From UHGV virus genome UHGV-0086135: a stretch of 64,000 nucleotides of DNA, one strand, 5' to 3'. Below the pieces are notes generated by a model. The model made no database searches. It was given only the letters and a program-made list of their open reading frames with translations, and was not told where the DNA came from. This document shows positions 42,948 through 53,431 of the stretch, piece after piece; within the stretch, counting starts at the first letter, position 1, and each line of letters begins with the position of its first letter. The DNA comes from a virus. A program made the translations under genes and the position numbers.

Positions 42948-45005
42948 ATGGAACTTATTACAGAATTATTTGACGGCGCTTCGGCGCCGGTTGTTAACTT
43001 AAATCCTAAGCATAAAATACCTCAAATTTTTGCTATTCAAGCCGGCGAAGAAAGTGTACTTCCTGGATTTAGATTTTGTACATACACCTCCGGTGGTGAT
43101 ACAAATAAAAACGTTAAGCCAGGCGATAAAATGATGCATATCGTAATGATAGGTGTTAATGAGAAACTATCATTAGTTAAACTTAAAAACTTGGGTGGAA
43201 ATCCAATTGGTGTCATTAATGCGGTTTTTGATACTGCTCTTCAAACAATGAAACAGTATAAAATTGACGCATGCCTATTCCGCGTACTAAAAAGTAAAAC
43301 AAATGGCGCTGCTCGTCAGATGCAAGTTATTGCTGACCGTTTAGTACGTACTAAAGGAGCAGGTCGATATGTTCTTTTAAAGGAAATCTGGGATTACGAT
43401 AAAAAGTATGCATATATTATGGTTTACCGTAAAAATGCCAATTTAGAAGACATTCCAGGTGTACCTCCTATTTCAACTGAGTTATTCACAAAAGTTGAAT
43501 CAAAGGTTGGTGATGTTTATGTAGATGTTAAAACAGGTAATGCTGTTCCTAAAGCTGTTGCTGTTGCTGCTTCTATTGCTTTAGAAAATGATAAGCGCAC
43601 GGATCAAGCTGTTATTCAGAAAACTAAAATTAGTCGTCGATTAGCAGCACAAGCTCAATATTCTACTGTCGATGCTTCTCTACATGGTGATAGCTTCGCT
43701 GCTAAGAAATATCAAGAGTTTGAATCTAAAGTTCCGGTATATAAAGCAGAAGGACCAATGAACTCTGGCGTTATTCAGATTGGTTCCAACTTCGGCAAAG
43801 GAGCTATCGGTGGTATGAGAAGTGCTTCTCGTTTTAAATCTAATGATTATGAACTAGAAAGCTTCCGAAATCATATTGCATTGGCCCATGCACGTTTACG
43901 TGATCCGTCTATCAGACTGCAGAGCGATATAACACATCAAGGTTTTCAAGAATATTTAAAGAATAAAGAATTTTTTGATTATAAAACCGATAAAATTTTG
44001 AGCGATCTAGCTGACATTAATATTTCTAATAGCTTTGATGTTATTAAGAAAATTATCAATGATTTAGTTAAAGGTTCTAAAGCCACACCAGACGAAAAGG
44101 TAGCTATTATTCAATTTGTCATGAATGGCATTTATAAATTGATTAATGAATCTGCTGCTCAGGCATATGAATACGCAAGCACCGAAGTAACTCCAAAAGG
44201 ACTGACTCAGGCTGAGTCTGATGTAATTGAAGATTATTGTGCAGATTCATATGTTGAAATGAACTCGTTCCTCTTGGGTAAACCAGATTCTACCCGTGAA
44301 GAATACATTGAACGAGCTATTAAACACATCGAGACGCTGGATTCTGCATTCGCCAAAGGATCAGTTCTTCCTCCAGGAACTACGCTTTATCGTGGGCAAG
44401 AAGTTACTTTTAAAACTTTACGTCATAATATTGAAAATAAAATGTTCTATTTCAAGAACTTCGTATCCACGTCGCTTAAACCAAATATCTTCGGTGAGCA
44501 TGGTAAAAACTATATGGCTCTAGATGATTCCGGCGCAGTATTTTCTGGTGAAGGAGAAGGTTCTGTTGATGCTGAAGATTTAATGCATATGGGTAGTCAT
44601 TCTGCATATGCTAATGAAGATGCTGAAGCTAGCGTAGGTATGGTAATTAAAGGGGCTGAGCGAATCAAAGTTATCGTTCCAGGTCATTTATCAGGATTTC
44701 CATCAGAAGCTGAAGTTATTCTACCGCGTGGAATTTTGTTGAAGATTAATAAAGTAAGCACGTACATGATGAAAGAAACTGCCTATAACAAGTATCTAAT
44801 CGAAGGCACAATCGTTCCTCCTTCTGAACAATTAGAAGAATCGGTATATGATGGCGATCATCTAATGGAAACTGGTGAAGTTCGTCCAATGGCTGGGTTT
44901 AATCAATTCCTTGTAGAAGAATCAAAAGAAGAGGAAACTGAAGTTTCTCAAATCTTGGCTTCTTTGGTTAACATCAACGGAATGTCTAAAAAGTTCAAGA
45001 TGTAG
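42948..45005 (+). CDS. Alt-like ADP-ribosyltransferase paralog (685 aa)
   Basis: N-terminal ~230 aa closely similar to upstream Alt; diverged middle; conserved ART-like motifs (LYRGQ, FVSTSL, EAEVIL); 3-nt gap to alt. Confidence 0.85.
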   Translation: MELITELFDGASAPVVNLNPKHKIPQIFAIQAGEESVLPGFRFCTYTSGGDTNKNVKPGDKMMHIVMIGVNEKLSLVKLKNLGGNPIGVINAVFDTALQTMKQYKIDACLFRVLKSKTNGAARQMQVIADRLVRTKGAGRYVLLKEIWDYDKKYAYIMVYRKNANLEDIPGVPPISTELFTKVESKVGDVYVDVKTGNAVPKAVAVAASIALENDKRTDQAVIQKTKISRRLAAQAQYSTVDASLHGDSFAAKKYQEFESKVPVYKAEGPMNSGVIQIGSNFGKGAIGGMRSASRFKSNDYELESFRNHIALAHARLRDPSIRLQSDITHQGFQEYLKNKEFFDYKTDKILSDLADINISNSFDVIKKIINDLVKGSKATPDEKVAIIQFVMNGIYKLINESAAQAYEYASTEVTPKGLTQAESDVIEDYCADSYVEMNSFLLGKPDSTREEYIERAIKHIETLDSAFAKGSVLPPGTTLYRGQEVTFKTLRHNIENKMFYFKNFVSTSLKPNIFGEHGKNYMALDDSGAVFSGEGEGSVDAEDLMHMGSHSAYANEDAEASVGMVIKGAERIKVIVPGHLSGFPSEAEVILPRGILLKINKVSTYMMKETAYNKYLIEGTIVPPSEQLEESVYDGDHLMETGEVRPMAGFNQFLVEESKEEETEVSQILASLVNINGMSKKFKM

Positions 45006-45034
45006 TTTACAAGTCCCTCGTGTTGTGTTATAAT
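45005..45034 (+). promoter_or_regulatory. T4-type early promoter
   Basis: GTTTAC, 18-bp spacer, TATAAT; twin of cassette at 29032. Confidence 0.55.
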
Positions 45035-45065
45035 AATCTTACTGACATAACATGAGGAACACAAA

Positions 45066-45356
45066 ATGAAATCTTCTTTACGCTTTTTAGGTCAAGAACT
45101 TGTAGTTGAAGGCGTTATTCCTGCTGATAACGCTTTTAATGAAGCAGTTTATGATGAATTTATCAAAATTTTTGGAACAGATAAAAAGTTCGGAATTTTT
45201 CCTTCTGAAAATTTTTCAAAGCCAGAACAGACTGAAAGCATTTTCCAAGGTGTAGTAACAGGTAAATTTGAGTCAGAAGCTCCGGTAAAAATTGAAGTTT
45301 ATATTGAAGACAGTTTAGTCGCTTCAGTTGCTGCTTTTATTTCATTCCGTAAATAA
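45066..45356 (+). CDS. hypothetical early protein (96 aa)
   Basis: ORF track; own early promoter. Confidence 0.5.
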   Translation: MKSSLRFLGQELVVEGVIPADNAFNEAVYDEFIKIFGTDKKFGIFPSENFSKPEQTESIFQGVVTGKFESEAPVKIEVYIEDSLVASVAAFISFRK

Positions 45357-45361
45357 AAATA

Positions 45362-45381
45362 TGGGGACCAAAAGGTCCCCA
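45362..45381. terminator. bidirectional hairpin terminator between the alt region (+) and gene 54 (-)
   Basis: GGGGACC-AAAA-GGTCCCC flanked by A-rich and T-rich tracts; convergent transcription units meet here. Confidence 0.6.
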
Positions 45382-45384
45382 TTG

Positions 45385-46350
45385 TTATATTGCTCCTAAT
45401 ATTTTACTTTGCGAGTTGACAATTCCCGTCATAGTATTAATGTTTGAAATGCTTCCAGCAGTTCCTCCTAATCTACTAAGTCGTGAAAGCGAATTAGATA
45501 ATCCAGTAACACCTCCACTATTTCCGAGAACGCTTTGAATACCGTTTATAGCAGCAGATTCAAGCCATTCAAGGGCAGCTTGTCTATCAACTGCTCCAGC
45601 CTGCATGACTCTATACGCAAAAGTAACATCAAATGTAGTTATTTGGTTATCTCCATCATATGATAACTCAGGAGCGCTCACTGACACTGGAATGCATCCG
45701 GTGAACATCACTGCAGTATGAGGTAATCCATTACGAGCATGAAGATTAACCTGAATATCTGCCTCGACATCTTGTGGCAAAGCACGCAGTCCAGTTACTG
45801 GGTCTTGAACAGCGTTAACCCAGTCTTGCATTGCACGATAGTTACAAGCTTCTGAATCCATTCTAAATGAAATAACCAAAGGGTCTAATTCTCTCCCAGT
45901 TATACGAATATTAGGAGAGTTATAGTTCCAGTCAGTTTCATAGGATAATCTATTCTCTGGCATTTTTACAGAATATATCATCAATCCAGACGAGTTATAT
46001 GCCATGTTAAAGAAGTCAATTAAATATGTACCAACTGTAAATGAGCCCAATAAACTTTGAACTGTACGTTGACTCATGGCACCAATAAGATATTTACTAA
46101 CCCCTGATTTTCTTATCAGTTTTTGTGTGCCAGCAGTAATTAGCGTGGTAATTCCCTGATTAATATCGCCTTGAGACAATCCTAACCAGTCTGAATTTAG
46201 ACCCAAATTATTATAAGAAAAGTTGCTAATTGAACTTATCAACGAAGAGCTTTTAGTTGATGGAGTTGTCGCAAAAACGCAGCTAAACATATTATTACGT
46301 TGGAAATCTGCGTTTATTGCTTGATTATTAAATTCCTCTAAAGAATACAT
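45385..46350 (-). CDS. 54: baseplate tail-tube initiator gp54 (321 aa)
   Basis: Sequence MYSLEEFNNQAINADFQRNNMFSCVFATTPSTKSSSLI... matches recalled T4 gp54. Confidence 0.95.
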   Translation of the reverse strand: MYSLEEFNNQAINADFQRNNMFSCVFATTPSTKSSSLISSISNFSYNNLGLNSDWLGLSQGDINQGITTLITAGTQKLIRKSGVSKYLIGAMSQRTVQSLLGSFTVGTYLIDFFNMAYNSSGLMIYSVKMPENRLSYETDWNYNSPNIRITGRELDPLVISFRMDSEACNYRAMQDWVNAVQDPVTGLRALPQDVEADIQVNLHARNGLPHTAVMFTGCIPVSVSAPELSYDGDNQITTFDVTFAYRVMQAGAVDRQAALEWLESAAINGIQSVLGNSGGVTGLSNSLSRLSRLGGTAGSISNINTMTGIVNSQSKILGAI

Positions 46351-47444
46351 TAAAAAGTCCCCGCATATAAAGAAGCACGATTTAACGTGATAATTTCTCT
46401 CATAGTAATCTCAAGAGTAAATGTACTAGGGAGGTTTGGAGCAATAGCTAATCCGTTAAAATTACCATTCGGAGTTTTATCAAATCTAATACTTTGAATT
46501 TGACACGGTCCAAACACTTCTGTTTTTCCGTCAAATTTAGAAGTTGCGCCAAAGTTTTTAACCATCCAAATTGTCGGGTTTGAAACTACAAGAACGTTAG
46601 TTAAACTCGATGTCATTTTCTCAAATAACGTCTTATTTTTAACTGCATCTTCTGGAGTTAATGGCTCAATAAAAGTAGAGCGATACCACTCATCTAGATA
46701 TCCTTTTATTTCAGCAGCATATTGAGATTTACCCGTTTCACCATAAGAAAAATAGTTAAAATATTGATAGATATTAATAATAGCCATTAAATCTTCTGTG
46801 GAACGCGGAGTCAAATCCCAAGTGAACACTTTAGTTCTATTCTCAGCACCACCATACATACTTCTGGCTGTCGTATAAATCTGTTCATTATTATCAGCCA
46901 TTATACCTTGTGTTATACTTTCCAGTGCTCCAAATACTGCAGTTGAAGCCATATTGCTTAACACGCCAGTAGCAGTACCTCCACCTTTTGTAATAAGACT
47001 ATCTTGAACATCGTTAAATCTATGTGATGATGTATCAACATCGGATTTAGATCTCGGTAAAAGAATATTTGCAACAGGAACTTTACTTATTGTTCCTGAA
47101 TTATTATCTGATATTAATCCATTTGACAGTTTTGATACTGTATTACTGATAGTGTTTCTGGCTGTACGTAAAATACTAGAAGATGAAGAAGAGTAGTTAG
47201 ATCTCATCGTTCTGAGACTTCCAGAATCCCTAGATGACATATTGTATGCAGTAAATAATAATCCATTCTTATATAGATCTGTTACCTGGAAGTCCCCTGT
47301 AGTGTCATTCCCACTAGCACGCCCAGTTGGAAACTGGGCTGTGTATGTTTTAGTTCCTACTTCTGATTTAGTACTCTGTCCGGCTGAAATTTTCTCACCG
47401 GACTTTTTAATTAAATCAGCAGTTATTTCTTTAACAATTGCCAT
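46350..47444 (-). CDS. 48: baseplate tail-tube cap gp48 (364 aa)
   Basis: ORF track; size and position between 29 and 54 as in T4. Confidence 0.9.
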   Translation of the reverse strand: MAIVKEITADLIKKSGEKISAGQSTKSEVGTKTYTAQFPTGRASGNDTTGDFQVTDLYKNGLLFTAYNMSSRDSGSLRTMRSNYSSSSSSILRTARNTISNTVSKLSNGLISDNNSGTISKVPVANILLPRSKSDVDTSSHRFNDVQDSLITKGGGTATGVLSNMASTAVFGALESITQGIMADNNEQIYTTARSMYGGAENRTKVFTWDLTPRSTEDLMAIINIYQYFNYFSYGETGKSQYAAEIKGYLDEWYRSTFIEPLTPEDAVKNKTLFEKMTSSLTNVLVVSNPTIWMVKNFGATSKFDGKTEVFGPCQIQSIRFDKTPNGNFNGLAIAPNLPSTFTLEITMREIITLNRASLYAGTF

Positions 47445-47452
47445 ATTATTCC

Positions 47453-49225
47453 TTAATTAACTCCAGTCGCGCCAAATACACCAGGAGCAGTTGTGCTCGT
47501 TACGGGTGTCATATTATGAACGACAGTATTTTTCTTAATAACATTATTAGTATTATTGATCGAAGGAGATGCTTGTTGAACAGGAGCCTGTTGTGCTTTG
47601 TTCTTTTCTATTACCTGGACTTGTTTTGCTTCTGGCGATTTAGCAGAAGTTTCAGGTTTGGCATTAGGCTGATTTTTCTTGAGCTCTTGATAAGTAGCAT
47701 CAATTTTAGAAAATCTAGCAGCAAGTTCTTTTTTAACTGCCGGTGAATTATTTAAATCCGGGTCATCCATCCGTTTTTTAAGGTCTTCATAGGCAGCTTC
47801 AACTGATTTAACCGTTGAGTCTTTACTCATATCAGCCGAATCAGCGTATTTTTCAAAACGAATCATCGCGGCACGGGCTTCATTAGCCTTCATTAAAGCA
47901 TTTTTTCTTTCTTCTGGTGAAAGTTGCTTTAATTTTTCTTCTTCTGCTGCGCGTTCTTCATCAGTTGTCAATGCTTCTTTATTATCAACACCACGAATCC
48001 AGTTAGATGCACGGGTTTTCCAATTAGCAATTTTATCTAATCCTTTTGCTATTGGACCAAGATCGTCATTCATTCGTTTATCTTGATAATTTGCTACTTT
48101 TTCTTGGTCTTCTTTATTGAGAGATGCTCCAGTAGAATTTTGGAAATTTTCCAGTGCTCTTCCTTCTACTTCGTCAGCAGTATCTTTCATACCAGGAATA
48201 ACTCGAAGAATTGCTGCTGATAATTTAGCCATTCCAAGCTGAATAAGTTCTCCTAAATTATAAAGAACCTTTCCAAGCCCTTCTACAATAGCTACCGTCA
48301 AACCGCCCCAATCTCCCGCTTCCCAGAACTTTTTAATTTCATCAATAGATTCAAAGATGCTCTGTAATAAAGGACCCCAAGTTCCGGTTTCGCTTGAAAA
48401 AGTTTTAAAATCAGTGCTAAACAAATCCCAGGCTTTTGAAAATTTATCTGACCAATATTTAAAATGAACCATCAGTAGGTCTATTCCAATAACAACAGCC
48501 ATTATTAATGCAACCATTTTAGCAGCTTCAATAGCAGCACTGACAGTATACTTAAATAGCATGCTTGATATTTTATCAGTAATTGAAATGGATTTTTTAA
48601 ATCCAAAATCAACAGTCTTTGTTAATTTATCTAAAGCTTGAGATAATTTTAAGTTAAATGCGTCTTTTTTCTGTTTTTCTTCTGGCGATTCTTGTTTGGG
48701 TTCAACTGGCTGAGGGGTAGGGAAAAAATCAGCATCAGGATCATTATTAACCGCTTCAGGAGCTGGTAATAATGGACCAACAAATTCAGCTGTATCATCC
48801 TCGACAACTTTAACAGGAATAGCGCTTTCAACCGTGGCTAAACTAGTTCCTGTTTGTTGAATTCCGGCTGTCTGAATTTTTTGCTCTAGTAAACTCGTTA
48901 ATTTATCTAATTTACTTCCGAGCGATTCGCCAATTTCTTTATTAATATTGTTGCCAATTTCGACAGTTTCAGCAATTAACTCAGAACCAGCAGTAGTATC
49001 ATTCACTGCGTTTTCTACATTGTCAATTGCTCCAATTATTTCATTCGATTTTTCTTCAACAGTTTGAGCAATTAATTCAGAAGCAGCTTGAGCATCATCC
49101 AATTTTGTAGAAATGTCATTAAGCCCAGATAAAGTGTTAGAAGCGGATTTAGCCGCTTCCTGAATTGGTTTATTATCTGAAATAACTTTTCTACGCATCG
49201 TTTGCATTTCTTGTGGCTTTTTCAT
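47453..49225 (-). CDS. 29: baseplate hub / tail length tape-measure protein gp29 (590 aa)
   Basis: ORF track; same length as T4 gp29; conserved position. Confidence 0.92.
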   Translation of the reverse strand: MKKPQEMQTMRRKVISDNKPIQEAAKSASNTLSGLNDISTKLDDAQAASELIAQTVEEKSNEIIGAIDNVENAVNDTTAGSELIAETVEIGNNINKEIGESLGSKLDKLTSLLEQKIQTAGIQQTGTSLATVESAIPVKVVEDDTAEFVGPLLPAPEAVNNDPDADFFPTPQPVEPKQESPEEKQKKDAFNLKLSQALDKLTKTVDFGFKKSISITDKISSMLFKYTVSAAIEAAKMVALIMAVVIGIDLLMVHFKYWSDKFSKAWDLFSTDFKTFSSETGTWGPLLQSIFESIDEIKKFWEAGDWGGLTVAIVEGLGKVLYNLGELIQLGMAKLSAAILRVIPGMKDTADEVEGRALENFQNSTGASLNKEDQEKVANYQDKRMNDDLGPIAKGLDKIANWKTRASNWIRGVDNKEALTTDEERAAEEEKLKQLSPEERKNALMKANEARAAMIRFEKYADSADMSKDSTVKSVEAAYEDLKKRMDDPDLNNSPAVKKELAARFSKIDATYQELKKNQPNAKPETSAKSPEAKQVQVIEKNKAQQAPVQQASPSINNTNNVIKKNTVVHNMTPVTSTTAPGVFGATGVN

Positions 49226-49755
49226 TCAAATAATCCAATAATATTGCCAATTCCAGTTATTGGACCATTAGGGCCAGGAATTGCTAAAGTTGTAGAAATA
49301 TCATTTGCCCATTTTAATACAAATGCTGGCATCTCAAGAAAATTAATTTCTTTAACTTCATCATTGACCTTAAGCAAGCATTTAGATAACATATCGCTTA
49401 CTGTCAAAAATTGCTCAAATTTTCCAGGAGGTCTAAAATAAAATGTATTTCCTTGGTATTGAAATTCTAATCTTTGGCATACATAAACGCCATTTATGTC
49501 ATAAGTATAACCATCTATTTCTTTACGAGATTTAATCTTTCCATTAAATTCCAATAAATGAATAGAAACGAAATCAACTTCTGCCGGTGATAAATTCGGA
49601 CAAATAGAATCAATAAGAAGTTTTAAATTTTCATCAGGACCTTTAACATCTTTTAAAATGTTATAATGTTTAAGACCCATTTTAGGAATAGAAACTTCTT
49701 TATTGCTTATTGGAAGAACTACTTTCTTCAGTGGTAGTATCAGATTTAAATTCAT
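49222..49755 (-). CDS. 28: baseplate hub distal subunit gp28 (177 aa)
   Basis: ORF track; same length as T4 gp28. Confidence 0.9.
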   Translation of the reverse strand: MNLNLILPLKKVVLPISNKEVSIPKMGLKHYNILKDVKGPDENLKLLIDSICPNLSPAEVDFVSIHLLEFNGKIKSRKEIDGYTYDINGVYVCQRLEFQYQGNTFYFRPPGKFEQFLTVSDMLSKCLLKVNDEVKEINFLEMPAFVLKWANDISTTLAIPGPNGPITGIGNIIGLFE

Positions 49756-50875
49756 TTTTAACCTTAACTGGGTCTATTGTTTCCAGTTTCGTTGCATTAG
49801 TGAACATATATAGATGAGTTACTGAATTATTATTGGATAATTCATGGATAACTTCATCAACGTAAAATTCTGTTTTAAATTGGTTTTTACTATCATTAAA
49901 AATAATTTTAACGCCAGGAGTCAAGTTAAAATTACCGACAGTAGAACATTTAGCATAGCCATCGTATTGTGCCATAGTTTGAAGACGAATAGCTTCTTCA
50001 TAGCCATTCCTATAAGTCATTTCAGAATAAGCACCTGATCTGGACACTACAATAGAGTTTTCACCCTTTCCTGTAGTAATCATTGGCAATGAAGAATCCA
50101 AAAACGAATGCGCATAGATAGTAGCATTTTTCATTGGATCGCGTTTGTGAGGATTCGATTTAGTCAACCAAACGAAATCATATGCTAATGGATATTTTAA
50201 TTCTTGAACAAATTGACCTATTAAAGATGGCTCACCGACAATCATTGGATACGGTTCTTGATTTATCATCATATCATAGTCCATCATGTTAACTCCCATG
50301 ATGTCTTGCCATACAAATACAAATTTGTCACTTCCTACAGCTAGAGCAACTTCTCTGACATACGACAAATAGTTTTCAAATGTGCTAGTCCATGGAATAT
50401 CAGGAACATAAGCATTTATAGCATTTATTGCTGGAGTTAATAACGTGCGATCCTGATAAATGACACCAAGCATTTCCTTTATAGATTCGCCTGCATCAGA
50501 GAAAAACGGTCTGCCAAATTTAAGATTTTCTATAGAATGAATAGTTCCCAATTCAATAGCAATGATGTTATCACCCTTTGAATCTACCGATACGGAAAAG
50601 TGCTTACATCCATAAATTCGTGTTTTAACATTATTAATATCGTTTGCATTAGCTACAGAAATCTGAATTATTTCATTTCCATCCATTTTTGTATGGATAT
50701 TTTTAGAATCATAAAACTGCAGCATTCCTTCATTTCGACCATAAAGAGAATCCCGCATAGTTAATGTGGTAATAGTAGCAGCTAATTCAACAAATCTATT
50801 ATTACTCCAAGCGTCATAACTCTCAAATAATTTAACGCTGAGATTTGGATATCCGGGGCGTTGCAACATACTCAT
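49700..50875 (-). CDS. 27: baseplate hub subunit gp27 (391 aa)
   Basis: ORF track; same length as T4 gp27; start overlaps gp51 stop. Confidence 0.93.
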   Translation of the reverse strand: MSMLQRPGYPNLSVKLFESYDAWSNNRFVELAATITTLTMRDSLYGRNEGMLQFYDSKNIHTKMDGNEIIQISVANANDINNVKTRIYGCKHFSVSVDSKGDNIIAIELGTIHSIENLKFGRPFFSDAGESIKEMLGVIYQDRTLLTPAINAINAYVPDIPWTSTFENYLSYVREVALAVGSDKFVFVWQDIMGVNMMDYDMMINQEPYPMIVGEPSLIGQFVQELKYPLAYDFVWLTKSNPHKRDPMKNATIYAHSFLDSSLPMITTGKGENSIVVSRSGAYSEMTYRNGYEEAIRLQTMAQYDGYAKCSTVGNFNLTPGVKIIFNDSKNQFKTEFYVDEVIHELSNNNSVTHLYMFTNATKLETIDPVKVKNEFKSDTTTEESSSSNKQ

Positions 50876-51624
50876 TGTTGTTTATCCTTCTCAATCAGTT
50901 TTAATACGAATCCGCGCTCAGCAGGAATCATTTTCATTATTGAATTTAAGCTATAATTACTTTTTACAAGTGTGTGATTAATTTGATAAAAAGTAAATAT
51001 CTCATCTGGATTAACTAATAGCTTAAACACATCTACTATATCAGTGTATTTTTTTACATACTTATTACAACACGACATATGCAGCGTTAAATTAATAGGA
51101 TTCATTGCATCGAGAATTTTTTCTAATGTTTCTATCTCGATTGCATCAACAAGTTCTATTTGACTCGATTCGCTAATTTCCTTCCAATCATACCATATTT
51201 CATCTACTTGAACGGAATGAATATTTTCAGTAATCATCTTTGCTTTATTTTCATAAAACTCAGAAGGAAACTTTAATTTAATTTTAACATTAGCTACATC
51301 AAAAACAGGTTCCTTTAATTCTTTTTGATATATTTCAAATGGAACTGTCTTTTCTTTTTTACATTTTGGACATACAAATGTAACCGGTACTTTAGTTTTA
51401 CCTATTGACCCTACAAATACCTGCAAAAATATAAATGGTTGCCAAGTCTTCGGATAGTCTCCAAAATAATCGGCAATTAAATCAGCAATTATTTCTTTTT
51501 GTTCTTGTGGTGACCGATGTTCTATATCGTTTCGAACTAACAAAAAATCTCGATAATCTTCTACCGTAAATGGTTTAAAACGATGAACACCATCTGGTAA
51601 TTTACAACGAATAATGTTTGCCAT
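50872..51624 (-). CDS. 51: baseplate hub assembly catalyst gp51 (250 aa)
   Basis: ORF track; CxxC...CxxC motif; late promoter upstream. Confidence 0.88.
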   Translation of the reverse strand: MANIIRCKLPDGVHRFKPFTVEDYRDFLLVRNDIEHRSPQEQKEIIADLIADYFGDYPKTWQPFIFLQVFVGSIGKTKVPVTFVCPKCKKEKTVPFEIYQKELKEPVFDVANVKIKLKFPSEFYENKAKMITENIHSVQVDEIWYDWKEISESSQIELVDAIEIETLEKILDAMNPINLTLHMSCCNKYVKKYTDIVDVFKLLVNPDEIFTFYQINHTLVKSNYSLNSIMKMIPAERGFVLKLIEKDKQQ

Positions 51625-51641
51625 AGATGCTCCTTTTATTC

Positions 51642-51649
51642 TATTTATA
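51642..51649 (-). promoter_or_regulatory. late promoter TATAAATA for gene 51 (minus strand)
   Basis: Other half of the palindrome TATTTATAAATA. Confidence 0.6.
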
Positions 51650-51653
51650 AATA
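51646..51653 (+). promoter_or_regulatory. late promoter TATAAATA for gene 26
   Basis: Part of the 12-bp palindrome TATTTATAAATA between genes 51 and 26. Confidence 0.6.
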
Positions 51654-51674
51654 TGATAAATAAAGGAGCTAAAT

Positions 51675-52301
51675 ATGTATGAATACAAATTTGACGTGAG
51701 AGTTGGTTCTAAAATAATCAACTGTCGCGCATTTACTCTTAAAGAATATCTAGAGCTTATTACTGCTAAAAAGAACGGTTCAGTAGAAGAGATCGTTAAA
51801 AAGCTAATCAAAGACTGTACAAATGCAAAAGATTTAAACCATCAAGAATCAGAACTACTGCTGATTCATTTATGGGCACATTCTCTTGGAGAAGTTAATC
51901 ACGAAAACTCCTGGAAGTGCACCTGTGGAACTGAAATACCAACCCATATAAATCTATTACATACACAAATAGATGCACCAGAAGACCTCTGGTATACACT
52001 GGGTGACATTAAAATTAAGTTCCATTACCCTAAAATTTTTGATGATAAAAACATAGCCCACATGATAGTATCATGTATAGAAACGATTCATGCTAACGGT
52101 GAAAGCATTCCAGTTGAAGACTTAAATGAAAAAGAACTGGAAGATTTATACTCTATCATCACAGAGTCAGATATTGTAGCTATAAAAGATATGCTTTTAA
52201 AGCCTACTGTTTATTTGGCTGTTCCAATTAAGTGCCCAGAGTGTGGAAAAACTCACGCTCATGTAATAAGAGGACTCAAAGAATTCTTTGAGCTATTGTA
52301 A
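51675..52301 (+). CDS. 26: baseplate hub subunit gp26 (208 aa)
   Basis: ORF track; same length as T4 gp26; late promoter upstream, divergent from gene 51. Confidence 0.88.
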   Translation: MYEYKFDVRVGSKIINCRAFTLKEYLELITAKKNGSVEEIVKKLIKDCTNAKDLNHQESELLLIHLWAHSLGEVNHENSWKCTCGTEIPTHINLLHTQIDAPEDLWYTLGDIKIKFHYPKIFDDKNIAHMIVSCIETIHANGESIPVEDLNEKELEDLYSIITESDIVAIKDMLLKPTVYLAVPIKCPECGKTHAHVIRGLKEFFELL

Positions 52302-52699
52302 TGGCAAATATTAATAAGCTTTATTCTGACATTGACCCAGAAATGAAAATGGATTGGGACAAAGATGTTTCAAGATCTCTTGGATTAAGGTCAATTAAAA
52401 ATAGCCTTTTAGGAATTATTACAACCAGGAAAGGGTCAAGACCATTTGACCCAGAATTTGGATGCGATTTATCTGACCAGCTTTTTGAGAATATGACTCC
52501 TCTTACTGCTGATACTGTTGAGCGTAACATTGAAAGCGCAGTAAGAAACTACGAGCCGCGTATTGATAAATTAGCAGTTAATGTAATACCAGTTTATGAT
52601 GATTATACTCTGATAGTAGAAATACGCTTTTCGGTCATCGATAACCCTGATGATATTGAGCAGATAAAACTACAACTGGCTTCCAGTAACAGAGTATAA
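52301..52699 (+). CDS. 25: baseplate wedge protein gp25 (132 aa)
   Basis: ORF track; same length as T4 gp25 (gpW/LysM-like fold family). Confidence 0.92.
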   Translation: MANINKLYSDIDPEMKMDWDKDVSRSLGLRSIKNSLLGIITTRKGSRPFDPEFGCDLSDQLFENMTPLTADTVERNIESAVRNYEPRIDKLAVNVIPVYDDYTLIVEIRFSVIDNPDDIEQIKLQLASSNRV

Positions 52700-52725
52700 T
52701 GCTTCACGTATAAACGTGGTATAAT
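52700..52725 (+). promoter_or_regulatory. MotA-dependent middle promoter upstream of uvsY
   Basis: Consensus MotA box TGCTTCA with 13-bp spacer to TATAAT. Confidence 0.55.
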
Positions 52726-52765
52726 GAATCTAAGTCCATCCAATAACAATTGAATAGAGAACAAC

Positions 52766-53179
52766 ATGAAATTAGAAGATCTTCAAGAAGAATTGAAGAA
52801 AGATGTGTTTATAGATTCGACTAAATTACAGTATGAAGCAGCTAATAATGTGATGTTATATAGTAAATGGCTCAATAAGCATTCAAGTATTAAAAAGGAA
52901 ATGCTTAGAATTGAAGCACAGAAAAAAGTTGCTCTTAAAGCTAAATTAGACTACTACTCGGGACGAGGAGATGGTGATGAATTTAGTATGGACCGTTATG
53001 AGAAATCAGAAATGAAGACAGTTCTATCAGCTGATAAGGATGTTTTAAAAGTTGATACTTCATTACAGTATTGGGGAATTTTATTGGATTTCTGTAGCGG
53101 AGCTCTTGATGCTATTAAATCACGCGGATTTGCTATTAAGCATATTCAAGACATGCGAGCATTTGAGGCTGGAAAATAA
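52766..53179 (+). CDS. uvsY: recombination mediator UvsY (137 aa)
   Basis: ORF track; same length as T4 UvsY; middle promoter upstream. Confidence 0.93.
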   Translation: MKLEDLQEELKKDVFIDSTKLQYEAANNVMLYSKWLNKHSSIKKEMLRIEAQKKVALKAKLDYYSGRGDGDEFSMDRYEKSEMKTVLSADKDVLKVDTSLQYWGILLDFCSGALDAIKSRGFAIKHIQDMRAFEAGK

Positions 53180-53403
53180 TGAAATATAGCATTGATGATG
53201 CTTTTAATTATGAAGAAGAATTCGAAACGGAAATTCAATTCTTAATGAAAAAGTATAATCTCAAGCGTCAGGATATTCGTATCCTGGCCGACCACCCATG
53301 CGGTGAAGATGTACTTTATGTTAAAGGAAAATTTGCCGGATATCTTGATGAATATTTTTATTCTAAAGATATGGGCATTGATATGCATATGAGAGTTATA
53401 TAA
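53179..53403 (+). CDS. hypothetical protein (74 aa), uvsY.-1-like by position
   Basis: ORF track; ATGA coupling to uvsY. Confidence 0.5.
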   Translation: MKYSIDDAFNYEEEFETEIQFLMKKYNLKRQDIRILADHPCGEDVLYVKGKFAGYLDEYFYSKDMGIDMHMRVI

Positions 53404-53406
53404 ATA
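53399..53406 (+). promoter_or_regulatory. late promoter TATAAATA upstream of the zinc-ribbon small ORF
   Basis: Exact TATAAATA on + strand. Confidence 0.4.
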
Positions 53407-53431
53407 GATATATAATTTAGAGGAGACAATC

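Noticed and set aside
41140-44523. Small ORFs inside the two alt genes (41140-41352, 41349-41558, 44296-44523)
   Set aside because: Nested in long ORFs that carry conserved ART motifs.
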